DNA of 10,117 nucleotides from a virus (Duplodnaviria; Heunggongvirae; Uroviricota; Caudoviricetes): IMG/VR virus record IMGVR_UViG_2526164647_000013; one strand, 5' to 3'. Shown piece by piece: positions 1 to 7,939 of this stretch (position 1 is its first letter; each line of letters starts with the position of its first letter). The notes under the pieces were generated by a model. It saw only the letters and a program-made list of their open reading frames with translations, ran no database searches and was not told where the DNA came from. The position numbers and the translations under genes were made by a program.

Positions 1-258
1 GCCGGATTACTGGCATCAACAGGAAGTACAGGCGACTCGTATGACAACGCGATGGCGGAGAGCATCAATGGTCTTTACAAAGCGGAGGTAATACACCGTA
101 AGAGCTGGAAAAACCGTGCAGAAGTGGAACTGGCCACACTCACGTGGGTGGACTGGTATAACAATCGACGATTGCTGGAAAGGCTGGGCCACATCCCTCC
201 GGCAGAAGCAGAAAAAGCTTATTATGCTTCCATCGGAAACGATGATCTGGCAGCCTGA
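1..258 (+). CDS. IS3-family transposase OrfB, C-terminal fragment (5' end outside window)
   Basis: Frame is open from base 1; translation ...[64 protein letters not shown]... is the conserved C-terminal region of IS3-family DDE transposases; stop codon at 256-258. Confidence 0.8.
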   Translation, partial: AGLLASTGSTGDSYDNAMAESINGLYKAEVIHRKSWKNRAEVELATLTWVDWYNNRRLLERLGHIPPAEAEKAYYASIGNDDLAA

Positions 259-300
259 GTTCACAGATAAAACACTCTCCAGGAAACCCGGGGCGGTTCA
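1..300 (+). mobile_element. Right end of an IS3-family insertion sequence (IS629-like), truncated by the window start
   Basis: Transposase C-terminus is followed by a terminal sequence ending ...CCCGGGGCGGTTCA at 300 (reverse complement TGAACCGCCCCGGG..., the TGA...TCA end typical of IS3-family elements and matching my recollection of the IS629 inverted repeat). Confidence 0.75.
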
Positions 301-474
301 GCCTGATGCTTCGCACTGGTCTGGGTGCCAGACAAATTGAAGCATACCGCCAGAACTGTTGGGTGGAAGGCTTCCACTTCAAACGAGTATCTCCTTTAGG
401 GAAGCCAGACAGTAAGCGAGGGATTATCTGGTACAACTATCCGAAGATAAATCAGTTTATCAAAGACTCATGAT

Positions 475-646
475 ATGTCTAAATTACCAACAGGTGTCGA
501 GATTCGAGGTAAATACATTCGCATCTGGTTCATGTTTCGAGGAAAACGATGTCGGGAAACATTGAAAGGCTGGGAGATTACTAACAGTAACATTAAAAAG
601 GCCGGGAATTTAAGAGCGTTGATAGTTCATCAAATCAGTTCCGGTG
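475..646 (+). pseudogene. int: Phage-type tyrosine integrase, N-terminal fragment (about 57 codons) interrupted by IS1
   Basis: ATG at 475; translation MSKLPTGVEIRGKYIRIWFMFRGKRCRETLKGWEITNSNIKKAGNLRALIVHQISSG resembles the N-terminal arm-binding domain of lambda-like integrases; the reading frame runs directly into the IS1 end at 647. Confidence 0.6.
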
Positions 647-661
647 GGTAATGACTCCAAC

Positions 662-1165
662 TTACTGATAGTGTTTTATGTTCAGATAATGCCCGATGAC
701 CTTGTCATGCAGCTCCACCGATTTTGAGAACGACAGTGACTTCCGTACCAGCCTTGCCAGATGTTGTCTCAGATTCAGATTATGTCGCTCAATGCGCTGA
801 GTGTAACGCTTGCTGATAATGTGCAGCTTTCCCTTCAGGCGTGATTCATACAGCGGCCAGCCATCCGTCATCCATACCACGACCTCAAAGGCCGACAGCA
901 GGCTCAGAAGACGCTCCAGTGTGGCCAGAGTGCGTTCACCGAAGACGTGCGCCACAACCGTCCTCCGTATCCTGTCATACGCGTAAAACAGCCAGCGCTG
1001 ACGTGATTTAGCACCGACGTAGCCCCAATGTTCGTCCATTTCAGCGCAGACAATCACATCACTGCCCGGTTGTATGCGCGAGGTTACCGACTGCGGCCTG
1101 AGTTTTTTAAGTGACGTAAAACCGTGTTGAGGCCAACGCCCATAATGCGTGCACTGGCGCGACAT
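662..1165 (-). CDS. insB: IS1 InsB reading frame (expressed as InsAB' by -1 frameshift from insA)
   Basis: 167-aa ORF ...[33 protein letters not shown]...[16 protein letters not shown] typical of IS1 InsB; overlaps the insA 3' end, where an A6C slippery run (TTAAAAAACTC on the coding strand) lies. Confidence 0.9.
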   Translation of the reverse strand: MSRQCTHYGRWPQHGFTSLKKLRPQSVTSRIQPGSDVIVCAEMDEHWGYVGAKSRQRWLFYAYDRIRRTVVAHVFGERTLATLERLLSLLSAFEVVVWMTDGWPLYESRLKGKLHIISKRYTQRIERHNLNLRQHLARLVRKSLSFSKSVELHDKVIGHYLNIKHYQ

Positions 1166-1359
1166 CCGACGCCATTCATGGCCATATCAATGATTTTCTG
1201 GTGCGTACCGGGCTGAGAGGCGGTGTAAGTGAACTGTAGTTGCCATGTTTTACGGCAATGAGAGCAGAGATAGCGCTGATGTCCGGCAGTGCTTTTGCCG
1301 TTACGCACCACGCCTTCAGTAGCGGAGCAGGAAGGACATCTGATGGAAATGGAAGCCAC
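1084..1359 (-). CDS. insA: IS1 InsA (transposition inhibitor, N-terminal part of the InsAB' transposase)
   Basis: 91-aa [46 protein letters not shown]... with zinc-finger-like CxxC...CxxC and helix-turn-helix region, as in IS1 InsA. Confidence 0.9.
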   Translation of the reverse strand: MASISIRCPSCSATEGVVRNGKSTAGHQRYLCSHCRKTWQLQFTYTASQPGTHQKIIDMAMNGVGCRASARIMGVGLNTVLRHLKNSGRSR

Positions 1360-1414
1360 GCAAGCACCTTAAAATCACCATCATACACTAAATCAGTAAG
1401 TTGGCAGCATTACC

Positions 1415-2054
1415 TGACCCGTTATCTAAAACAGAATTCAATGCATTAATGGAAAGTGAAAAAGGACAGAGCCAAAACTTGTGGAAATTTGCCGTTTACT
1501 CCGGGCTTCGTCACGGGGAACTGGCAGCTCTGGCGTGGGAGGATGTGGATTTCGAGAAGGGAATTGTGAATGTCAGAAGAAACCTGACGATACTTGATAT
1601 GTTCGGTCCCCCAAAAACAAATGCCGGGATCCGGACGGTAACATTACTGCAGCCGGCTCTTGAAGCACTGAAGGAGCAATACAAACTGACCGGGCATCAT
1701 CGCAAAAGCGAAATCACTTTTTATCATCGGGAGTACGGCAGAACTGAAAAACAAAAACTGCATTTTGTTTTCATGCCCAGGGTGTGTAACGAAAAACAGA
1801 AACCTTATTACTCGGTAAGCAGTTTGGGTACAAGATGGAATGCAGCAGTAAAACGTGCTGGTATTCGCCGCCGTAATCCGTACCACACGCGACATACTTT
1901 TGCCTGCTGGCTGTTGACGGCAGGAGCGAACCCGGCATTTATAGCCAGCCAGATGGGGCATGAAACTGCGCAAATGGTGTATGAAATTTACGGTATGTGG
2001 ATTGATGACATGAACGACGAACAGATAGCCATGTTGAATGCGCGGTTATCGTAG
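1415..2054 (+). pseudogene. int: Phage-type tyrosine integrase, C-terminal catalytic-domain fragment
   Basis: Translation contains catalytic-core motifs of tyrosine recombinases: SGLRHGELAALAWEDVDF (box I Arg), HTRHTFACWLL (H-x-x-R) and GHETAQMVYEIYGMW (Tyr region). The frame is open from the IS1 boundary; about 120-140 codons between the N- and C-terminal fragments are missing. Stop at 2052-2054. Confidence 0.8.
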
Positions 2055-2256
2055 TTGCAAAGTTTGCCCCCAATTTGCCCCATTTAGTACCAGAGAACTG
2101 AAATAATGCAAGAAAATCAACAAATTACAAAGAAAGAACAATACGACCTGAACAAGTAAGGGCAAAAATCACAACTATCTGACTCATAAGTATTTTATTT
2201 ATTTTTCAATATGTTAAACATTATCAGCGACAACAATAAGCTACGATAACCCACTC

Positions 2257-2289
2257 TTTTTTGCCCCTTTTTTGCCCCTTTTTTGCCCC
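2257..2289 (+). repeat. Three perfect tandem copies of the 11-bp unit TTTTTTGCCCC, with further degenerate copies at 2063-2081 and 2300-2317
   Basis: Direct reading: TTTTTTGCCCC at 2257-2267, 2268-2278 and 2279-2289; TTTTGCCCC at 2300-2308; TTTTTGCC at 2310-2317; TTTGCCCCC and TTTGCCCC at 2063-2081 immediately after the int stop. All copies are in the same orientation. Confidence 0.9.
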
Positions 2290-2431
2290 TTATACAGCGT
2301 TTTGCCCCATTTTTGCCATCAACAATTTTCCTCATAAAGTCATTTCAAAGCCTAATAGCTGCTCTACTTTTTTCCTCAATATCATGTCGCCAGCAGGAAA
2401 CAACCTAATCCCTGTTTTAGGCCTCAAAGCT

Positions 2432-2450
2432 GTTAATGATAATTATTTTC
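2432..2450 (+). promoter_or_regulatory. Fur box-like operator upstream of sitA
   Basis: GTTAATGATAATTATTTTC matches the 19-bp Fur consensus GATAATGATAATCATTATC at 16 of 19 positions; lies about 100 bp upstream of the sitA start and overlaps the candidate -35. Confidence 0.6.
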
Positions 2451-2474
2451 ATTTTGTATAGGTTATGCTATAAA
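2446..2474 (+). promoter_or_regulatory. Candidate sigma70 promoter of sitABCD
   Basis: -35 TTTTCA (2446-2451), 17-bp spacer, -10 TATAAA (2469-2474), assigned by eye. The Fur-like box overlaps the -35 and the MntR-like box overlaps the -10 and downstream, a standard repressor arrangement. Confidence 0.4.
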
Positions 2475-2494
2475 ACATAGCCGTTGCTATGTTT
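2473..2494 (+). promoter_or_regulatory. MntR-like palindromic operator upstream of sitA
   Basis: Perfect inverted repeat AAACATAGC-CGTT-GCTATGTTT, which resembles the MntR operator half-sites as I recall them from enterobacterial mntH/sit promoters; overlaps the candidate -10 and start region. Confidence 0.65.
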
Positions 2495-2549
2495 GTTCTA
2501 ATTTTGCTCACTATAGGTACTAAATTATGCACTCAATAAAAAAGTAACC

Positions 2550-3440
2550 ATGCTCTTGGGGTGCCTCGCCCTCACCTGCTCGATCGCATTTCAGGCAAGT
2601 GCAACTGAAAAATTCAAGGTCATTACAACATTTACCATCATCGCGGATATGGCCAAAAACGTGGCTGGAGATGCTGCAGAAGTCTCATCCATAACCAAGC
2701 CTGGTGCAGAAATTCATGAGTATCAGCCTACCCCTGGCGATATTAAACGTGCGCAGGGGGCACAACTGATTCTCGCCAATGGTATGAATCTGGAATTGTG
2801 GTTCCAACGCTTTTACCAGCATCTCAATGGGGTTCCAGAAGTAATTGTCTCTTCGGGTGTGACGCCAGTAGGGATCACCGAAGGACCCTATGAGGGCAAA
2901 CCTAATCCCCATGCATGGATGTCGCCAGATAATGCTCTGATTTACGTCGATAATATTCGTGATGCGTTGATAAAATACGATCCGGCAAATGCACAAACCT
3001 ACCAACGTAATGCCGATACTTATAAAGCCAAGATTACCCAAACCCTTGCCCCCCTGCGTAAGCAGATTACGGAACTCCCTGAGAATCAGCGATGGATGGT
3101 CACCAGTGAAGGGGCTTTTTCTTATCTCGCACGCGATTTGGGGCTAAAAGAGCTTTATCTGTGGCCGATTAATGCCGATCAACAAGGAACACCGCAGCAG
3201 GTACGTAAGGTTGTTGATATAGTTAAGAAAAATCATATCCCGGCAGTCTTTAGCGAGAGTACGATTTCCGATAAACCAGCGCGTCAGGTTGCGCGTGAAA
3301 CCGGCGCACACTACGGCGGTGTGCTCTATGTCGATTCCCTGAGCACAGAAAACGGCCCGGTACCTACGTATATCGACCTTCTTAAGGTTACTACCAGTAC
3401 GCTGGTACAGGGAATTAAAGCCGGGAAAAGGGAGAAATAA
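2550..3440 (+). CDS. sitA: SitA, periplasmic Mn2+/Fe2+-binding protein of an ABC importer (cluster A-I substrate-binding protein)
   Basis: 296-aa ORF with an N-terminal hydrophobic signal-like segment ([18 protein letters not shown]) and conserved metal-binding-protein regions ([51 protein letters not shown]); close to Salmonella SitA as I recall it. First in an overlapping four-gene operon. Exact start is uncertain (see finding on the A6 tract). Confidence 0.9.
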   Translation: MLLGCLALTCSIAFQASATEKFKVITTFTIIADMAKNVAGDAAEVSSITKPGAEIHEYQPTPGDIKRAQGAQLILANGMNLELWFQRFYQHLNGVPEVIVSSGVTPVGITEGPYEGKPNPHAWMSPDNALIYVDNIRDALIKYDPANAQTYQRNADTYKAKITQTLAPLRKQITELPENQRWMVTSEGAFSYLARDLGLKELYLWPINADQQGTPQQVRKVVDIVKKNHIPAVFSESTISDKPARQVARETGAHYGGVLYVDSLSTENGPVPTYIDLLKVTTSTLVQGIKAGKREK

Positions 3441-4267
3441 TGATGCAATCTGCAGGCATTGTCGTTAATGATGTTACTGTCACCTGGCGTAACGGGCACA
3501 CAGCACTGCGCGATGCATCCTTCACAGTACCAAGTGGATCTATTGCCGCTCTGGTTGGGGTAAACGGTTCCGGAAAATCGACGTTGTTTAAAGCGATTAT
3601 GGGATTTGTGCGTCTGACCAGCGGAAAGATATCTGTTCTGGGTATTCCCACGCGACAGGCGCTACAGAAAAACCTGGTTGCCTACGTCCCTCAGTCAGAA
3701 GAGGTTGACTGGTCATTTCCTGTACTGGTGGAAGATGTGGTGATGATGGGCCGCTATGGGCATATGGGTATGTTGCGTATAGCCAAAAAGAGGGATCGTC
3801 AGATTGTCACCGATGCGCTGGAACGTGTCGATATGGTGGATTTTCGCCATCGTCAAATCGGCGAGCTTTCCGGTGGACAAAAGAAACGCGTCTTTCTGGC
3901 GAGAGCAATTGCACAGCAGGGTGATGTGATCCTGCTGGATGAACCTTTTACCGGCGTTGATGTGAAAACCGAAGCGAAAATCATCAGCCTGTTGAGGGAG
4001 TTACGCGCGGAAGGCAAAACGATGCTTGTCTCAACGCACAATCTCGGCTCAGTCACGACATTTTGCGATTATACGGTCATGGTCAAAGGCACCGTCCTGG
4101 CAAGCGGGCCGACAGACACCACTTTTACAGCCGAGAACCTGGAGCTGGCTTTTAGCGGCGTACTGCGCCATGTCACACTTAACGGCTCGGAAGAAAGCAT
4201 TATTACTGACGATGAACGCCCTTTTGTGGCACATCGACCGTCAGCGGTGCAGAGGGAAGCAAGATGA
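3440..4267 (+). CDS. sitB: SitB, ABC transporter ATP-binding protein
   Basis: Walker [13 protein letters not shown] signature LSGGQKKR, Walker B ILLDEP; its start overlaps the sitA stop (ATAATGATG) with GGGAG upstream as a Shine-Dalgarno sequence. Confidence 0.95.
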   Translation: MMQSAGIVVNDVTVTWRNGHTALRDASFTVPSGSIAALVGVNGSGKSTLFKAIMGFVRLTSGKISVLGIPTRQALQKNLVAYVPQSEEVDWSFPVLVEDVVMMGRYGHMGMLRIAKKRDRQIVTDALERVDMVDFRHRQIGELSGGQKKRVFLARAIAQQGDVILLDEPFTGVDVKTEAKIISLLRELRAEGKTMLVSTHNLGSVTTFCDYTVMVKGTVLASGPTDTTFTAENLELAFSGVLRHVTLNGSEESIITDDERPFVAHRPSAVQREAR

Positions 4268-5121
4268 ACGTGCTACTGGAACCCTTCAGCTATGAATATA
4301 TGCTCAATGCGATGTGGGTCTCGGCAATGGTCGGCGGTCTCTGCGCTTTCCTGTCATGCTATCTGATGCTAAAAGGCTGGTCGCTGATTGGCGATGCGCT
4401 GTCGCACTCTATTGTCCCGGGTGTTGCGGGGGCATATATGCTGGGGCTTCCGTTTTCTCTGGGAGCCTTCTTTTCCGGCGGACTGGCAGCGGGCAGCATG
4501 CTGTTTCTTAACCAACGCACCCGCTTAAAAGAAGATGCCATCATCGGCCTGATCTTCTCGTCCTTTTTTGGCCTGGGGCTGTTTATGGTGTCATTGAACC
4601 CGACATCCGTGAACATTCAGACCATCGTCCTGGGCAATATTCTGGCAATCGATCCGGCGGATATCCTGCAACTCACTATCATTGGCATTCTCTCGATCAT
4701 CGTGCTTTTTTTCAAATGGAAAGATCTTATGGTGACCTTTTTCGACGAGAATCACGCCCGTGCTATTGGATTACATCCGGGCAGATTAAAAATCCTCTTC
4801 TTCACCCTGCTGTCGGTTTCGACCGTTGCGGCGCTGCAAACGGTTGGTGCGTTTCTGGTGATCTGTCTGGTGGTGACTCCCGGTGCAACAGCATGGTTGT
4901 TAACCGATCGTTTTCCCCGCCTGCTCATAATTGCTGTAACTATTGGCAGTGTAACCAGTTTCCTCGGCGCGTGGGTCAGTTACTTTCTGGACGGCGCGAC
5001 AGGTGGAATCATCGTGGTGGCGCAGACACTGCTGTTTCTTTTAGCATTTGTATTTGCGCCCACCCATGGACTTTTGGCAAATCGTCGGCGTGCGCATAAA
5101 GCGCTGGAGGATCGCTCATGA
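4264..5121 (+). CDS. sitC: SitC, ABC-3 family inner-membrane permease
   Basis: 285-aa highly hydrophobic polytopic protein; ATGA overlap with the sitB stop (translational coupling); paralogous to the next gene. Confidence 0.95.
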   Translation: MNVLLEPFSYEYMLNAMWVSAMVGGLCAFLSCYLMLKGWSLIGDALSHSIVPGVAGAYMLGLPFSLGAFFSGGLAAGSMLFLNQRTRLKEDAIIGLIFSSFFGLGLFMVSLNPTSVNIQTIVLGNILAIDPADILQLTIIGILSIIVLFFKWKDLMVTFFDENHARAIGLHPGRLKILFFTLLSVSTVAALQTVGAFLVICLVVTPGATAWLLTDRFPRLLIIAVTIGSVTSFLGAWVSYFLDGATGGIIVVAQTLLFLLAFVFAPTHGLLANRRRAHKALEDRS

Positions 5122-5975
5122 TGGCATTATTACTGGAGCCACTGCAGTTCACCTTTATGAGTCACGCACTGCTGATTTCACTGGTAGTTTCCATACCCTG
5201 TGCGCTGCTGTCGGTCTTTCTGGTCCTGAAAGGTTGGGCACTGATGGGTGACGCGATGAGTCATGCGGTTTTTCCTGGCATCGTGCTTACCTGGATTCTG
5301 GGGTTACCTCTGGCTACAGGGGCATTCGTCGCCGGAGTATTCTGCGCGGTGGCGACGGGATACCTGAAAGACAACAGCCGAATCAAGCAAGATACAGTTA
5401 TGGGGATTGTTTTTTCTGGCATGTTTGCCGCAGGTCTGATCTTGTATATTGCAATTAAACCAGACGTACATCTTGACCATATTCTTTTCGGCGACATGCT
5501 CGGGATAACCATCGGCGATATAATCCAGACGGTGATTATTGCCGGGCTGGTTACACTTGTTATTAGCGTAAAATGGCGGGATTTTTTGCTGTTCAGCTTT
5601 GATTATCAACAGGCGCAGGTAAGCGGTTTGCATACGAGATGGCTGCATTATGGGCTGCTGTGCATGGTTTCCCTGACCATTGTGGCGACGCTGAAAGCAG
5701 TAGGTATCATTCTCTCTATTTCTCTGCTCATTGCGCCTGGCGCCATTGCAGTACTCCTGACACAACGCTTTCATATTGCGCTCCTACTGGCGACTGGCAT
5801 ATCGGTAATAGTGTCAATGACTGGTGTCTGGCTGTCCTTTTTTATCGACAGCGCACCAGCTCCGACGATTGTCGTCTTATTCGCGGTCGTGTTCATCATG
5901 ACGTTTACCGTTACCAGCATCAACGCACGCACAAAGGGAAACGCCCATACACAGGATCTGTTATCACCCAATTAG
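5118..5975 (+). CDS. sitD: SitD, ABC-3 family inner-membrane permease
   Basis: 285-aa hydrophobic protein paralogous to SitC (shared LKGW.L.GDA.SH...PG motif); ATGA overlap with the sitC stop. Confidence 0.95.
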   Translation: MMALLLEPLQFTFMSHALLISLVVSIPCALLSVFLVLKGWALMGDAMSHAVFPGIVLTWILGLPLATGAFVAGVFCAVATGYLKDNSRIKQDTVMGIVFSGMFAAGLILYIAIKPDVHLDHILFGDMLGITIGDIIQTVIIAGLVTLVISVKWRDFLLFSFDYQQAQVSGLHTRWLHYGLLCMVSLTIVATLKAVGIILSISLLIAPGAIAVLLTQRFHIALLLATGISVIVSMTGVWLSFFIDSAPAPTIVVLFAVVFIMTFTVTSINARTKGNAHTQDLLSPN

Positions 5976-6137
5976 CACAACATCCGAGGACAGCATCGTC
6001 CGCCAGCCTACAGAAGTCCGGAAAGCCATGGAAGGTCGTTGGGAGGAGGTACGAATTCTATCATGCAAAAAATACGTAAAATCGATAACGCCTAGAAATC
6101 ATTCAATACTCGCACTATCGAAAGTTTACCAGCCAAC

Positions 6138-6166
6138 CGCGGCACGTTCCTGCATACGACGTGCCG
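6138..6166. terminator. Stem-loop between the convergent sitD and phage genes; possible bidirectional terminator
   Basis: Perfect 9-bp stem GCGGCACGT / ACGTGCCGC with an 11-nt loop; followed on the + strand by a modestly T-rich stretch (AGCTTCTGTTATT); about 160 nt after the sitD stop and immediately after the stop of the minus-strand gene ending at 6176. Confidence 0.3.
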
Positions 6167-6175
6167 CAGCTTCTG

Positions 6176-6739
6176 TTATTCCACGATAAAATTCCTAACC
6201 GAATTCAAATCCTTCAGACTATTCAGCTCTTCCTTCAGCTCCCGCTGACGGCGATAAATCTCATCGTTGCGATCGACCTGCGCCTGCACCATTGCTGCCG
6301 CCAGTTCTTCCAGTTCCGGCATCGACAGTTTCACCTGCTGATTATCGGCATCGCTCCACGCCATATGTGTTTGTGCTGTGACAGATTTTGCCAGCATGAC
6401 TACCGGGGACAGGCGGCCCAGTGAGTCGGGACCAGCATTCCAGATACGACCGTTCCATTCAAACGTGAACAGCTTCGCCTCCTGTTCTGCGCGCCATGCT
6501 TCAATTTCCTGACGTCTGGCCTCTCTGGCCGCTTCCAGCATTTCTGGTGTCACAGTGAATGGGGCTATCTCACCCCATTTGCCGCTTTGCAGTTCCTGCC
6601 AGATTTGCTGACCCGTCGGAGCGACATCATCAGCGGTGGCTGTGTAGGGGACTGCCTGGTCCCTGTCGTCAAAAAAAACGTCACAGTCTACTGCGCCACT
6701 TTCGGTATAACGGGGATTAATGATTTTTTTAATTTCCAC
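6176..6739 (-). CDS. Phage tail-fibre chaperone / assembly-like protein (my tentative match to a DUF4376-like motif)
   Basis: ORF directly downstream of the tail-fibre gene. I prefer the GTG start at 6739 (Shine-Dalgarno GAGGA 6-7 nt upstream, overlapping the fibre stop) over the longer ORF start at 6799, which lies inside the fibre gene. Contains AWSDADNQQVKLSMPELEELAAAM, which fits a W-DADN...EL..L..M motif I associate with phage tail-fibre accessory proteins. Family assignment is from memory and unverified. Confidence 0.5.
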   Translation of the reverse strand: MEIKKIINPRYTESGAVDCDVFFDDRDQAVPYTATADDVAPTGQQIWQELQSGKWGEIAPFTVTPEMLEAAREARRQEIEAWRAEQEAKLFTFEWNGRIWNAGPDSLGRLSPVVMLAKSVTAQTHMAWSDADNQQVKLSMPELEELAAAMVQAQVDRNDEIYRRQRELKEELNSLKDLNSVRNFIVE

Positions 6740-6749
6740 GGTGCATTCC

Positions 6750-7939
6750 TCACGATGTGCGAATAAAAAGCCCGGGCATTGCGCCAGAGACATGAGCATC
6801 CGGCACCCCGGACAGGGCGCAATATGACCCCGGTAATGAATGCTCTGAACATCCCGTAATGAAAAATTGTGGGGATGCTATATACGTTCCGGTGGGAGTA
6901 CTGGGCACTGAAATCCCCACCGGTCCCAGTCGTGAGCCTCTGTATGACTGCCCCCTGACAAGTCTGATGACTTTATCACCGTCAGCTTCTCCCTGGTACG
7001 CAGCAATAATCAGCCCGCCAATGTCAGGGTCTCCCCATCTGTTGCGGACAGAGCTCGCCACGATTCTGTAAATAATATCTTCTGTGGTTATATTTATTTT
7101 CACCCAGTCAGTCAGTCTGGATATGGGCCAGTAGCGGTAGCGGGTGTGATAAATGGGGCCGTTAATGCCGTAAAAAGTAAGGGATTTGGCTCTGTACCGC
7201 GGTTCTGTTGTCTCAGGGCGTGCATCAGTCCACCGGATGCTGAGCACCCCTTCAAACCGTGTGTCGGGTATGATGATGCCGTAGGGGCCAGCAACGGAAT
7301 ATTCACCTGGCAGCGCATTCCTTACCCAGGCCAGGAAATCACTCTTAGTGTCAAAACGGATAACATCTTCAGGCAGAAAAGCACACCCAAAGCCGAATGC
7401 GCCGGGTATCGCCAGACGGCCTTTTGTCCGGTCGTAAATGTCGCTCTGTGCTTCCATCGTGGCCGCACTTTTCAGCCCCAGATTATCCCGGGACTTCTGT
7501 TGTGCCTTTTCGCCTGCTGCTGCGATTTCAGACAGATGGTTAGCCGTTTTCAGAGTGCCGGTCAGCGCAGCATCAATGTCATTTTTGGCCTGCTCTGCTG
7601 CGCCTGCGCCACCATTTCCTCAAAGCGTTTGACGACATCTGGTTTCAGGTCGCCCTCATCAGGAGCAATCAGAAAGTCATTCAGCGTACCGGGCTTTGAG
7701 TCCTCATATACAGCAATGTCGCCAACGTTGTACTCGTTGTGCCAGTCCTGTTTCAGATACACACCATATTTTCCAGTCCGCGCATGGAAACAGTATTCAC
7801 CATCGTTTCCTGTCATCACATCAGCAACAGTGTGCATCACCACTTCCGGGGTGTTTACCCGGGATTTCAGAATAATATGGTATCCGGACATGGAGATACC
7901 TGCGCCATCAGTCAGCGCACCTGATATCACTACAGACAT
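6750..7939 (-). pseudogene. stf: Side tail fibre (Stf-like) gene, frameshifted
   Basis: N-terminus MSVVISGALTDGAGIS...IAVYEDSKPGTLNDFL...VKRFEEMV matches the conserved N-terminal domain of lambdoid side tail fibres (lambda Stf: ...ISGVLKDG...ITVYEDSQPGTLNDFL...RFELMV). That frame stops at 7562; the continuation (AEQAKNDIDAALTG...MEAQSDIYDRTKG... to the stop at 6750) is in the -1 frame, consistent with a 1-nt deletion near 7600 in a GCGCAGG repeat context. Confidence 0.7.

Larger units (their letters stand above)
647..1414 (-). mobile_element. IS1, complete 768-bp copy
   Basis: Starts GGTAATGACTCCAACTTACTGATAGTG (IS1 inverted repeat) and ends ...ATCAGTAAGTTGGCAGCATTACC (reverse complement of the other inverted repeat); length 768 bp; contains insA and insB on the minus strand. 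Flanking 9-mers (GTTCCGGTG at 638-646, TGACCCGTT at 1415-1423) differ, so there is no target-site duplication. Confidence 0.95.

Noticed and set aside
1176-1449. ORFs 1176..1388 (-) and 1240..1449 (+) inside or across the IS1 end
   Set aside because: They overlap insA in other frames or on the opposite strand; the well-known IS1 coding organisation explains the region.
2257-2317. CRISPR array
   Set aside because: The repeats are 11 bp, directly abutting, with no spacers; no cas genes in the window.
2261-2461. 66-aa + strand ORF (MPLFCPFFAPYTAFCPIF...)
   Set aside because: It is the translation of the T6-GCCCC repeat array and the sitA promoter region; low-complexity Phe/Pro-rich product with no ribosome-binding site. 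Artefact of the repeat.
2685-3041. 118-aa minus-strand ORF inside sitA, and similar alternate-frame or antisense ORFs inside sitB, sitC and sitD (for example 3853..4056, 4359..4616, 4716..5099, 5304..5774, 5639..6079)
   Set aside because: They overlap the strongly supported sit coding frames and have no independent start or Shine-Dalgarno support. Treated as shadow ORFs.
6063-6095. 10-codon ORF (MQKIRKIDNA) preceded by a GGAGGAGG Shine-Dalgarno-like sequence in the sitD-phage intergenic region
   Set aside because: Too short to support as a gene from sequence alone; the purine-rich run may be coincidental. Would need ribosome-profiling or conservation evidence.
6740-6799. Longer start for the chaperone-like gene (ORF-track start at 6799)
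   Set aside because: The first 20 codons lie inside the tail-fibre coding region; a GTG at 6739 with a GAGGA Shine-Dalgarno sequence just after the fibre stop is the more plausible start.
7565-7600. Programmed -1 ribosomal frameshift producing a full-length tail fibre
   Set aside because: A re-pairing-competent A-run exists, but there is no canonical heptamer with a downstream stimulatory structure that I can identify, and neighbouring genes carry similar 1-nt lesions. Pseudogene or sequencing indel is more parsimonious; kept as a low-probability alternative in the findings.
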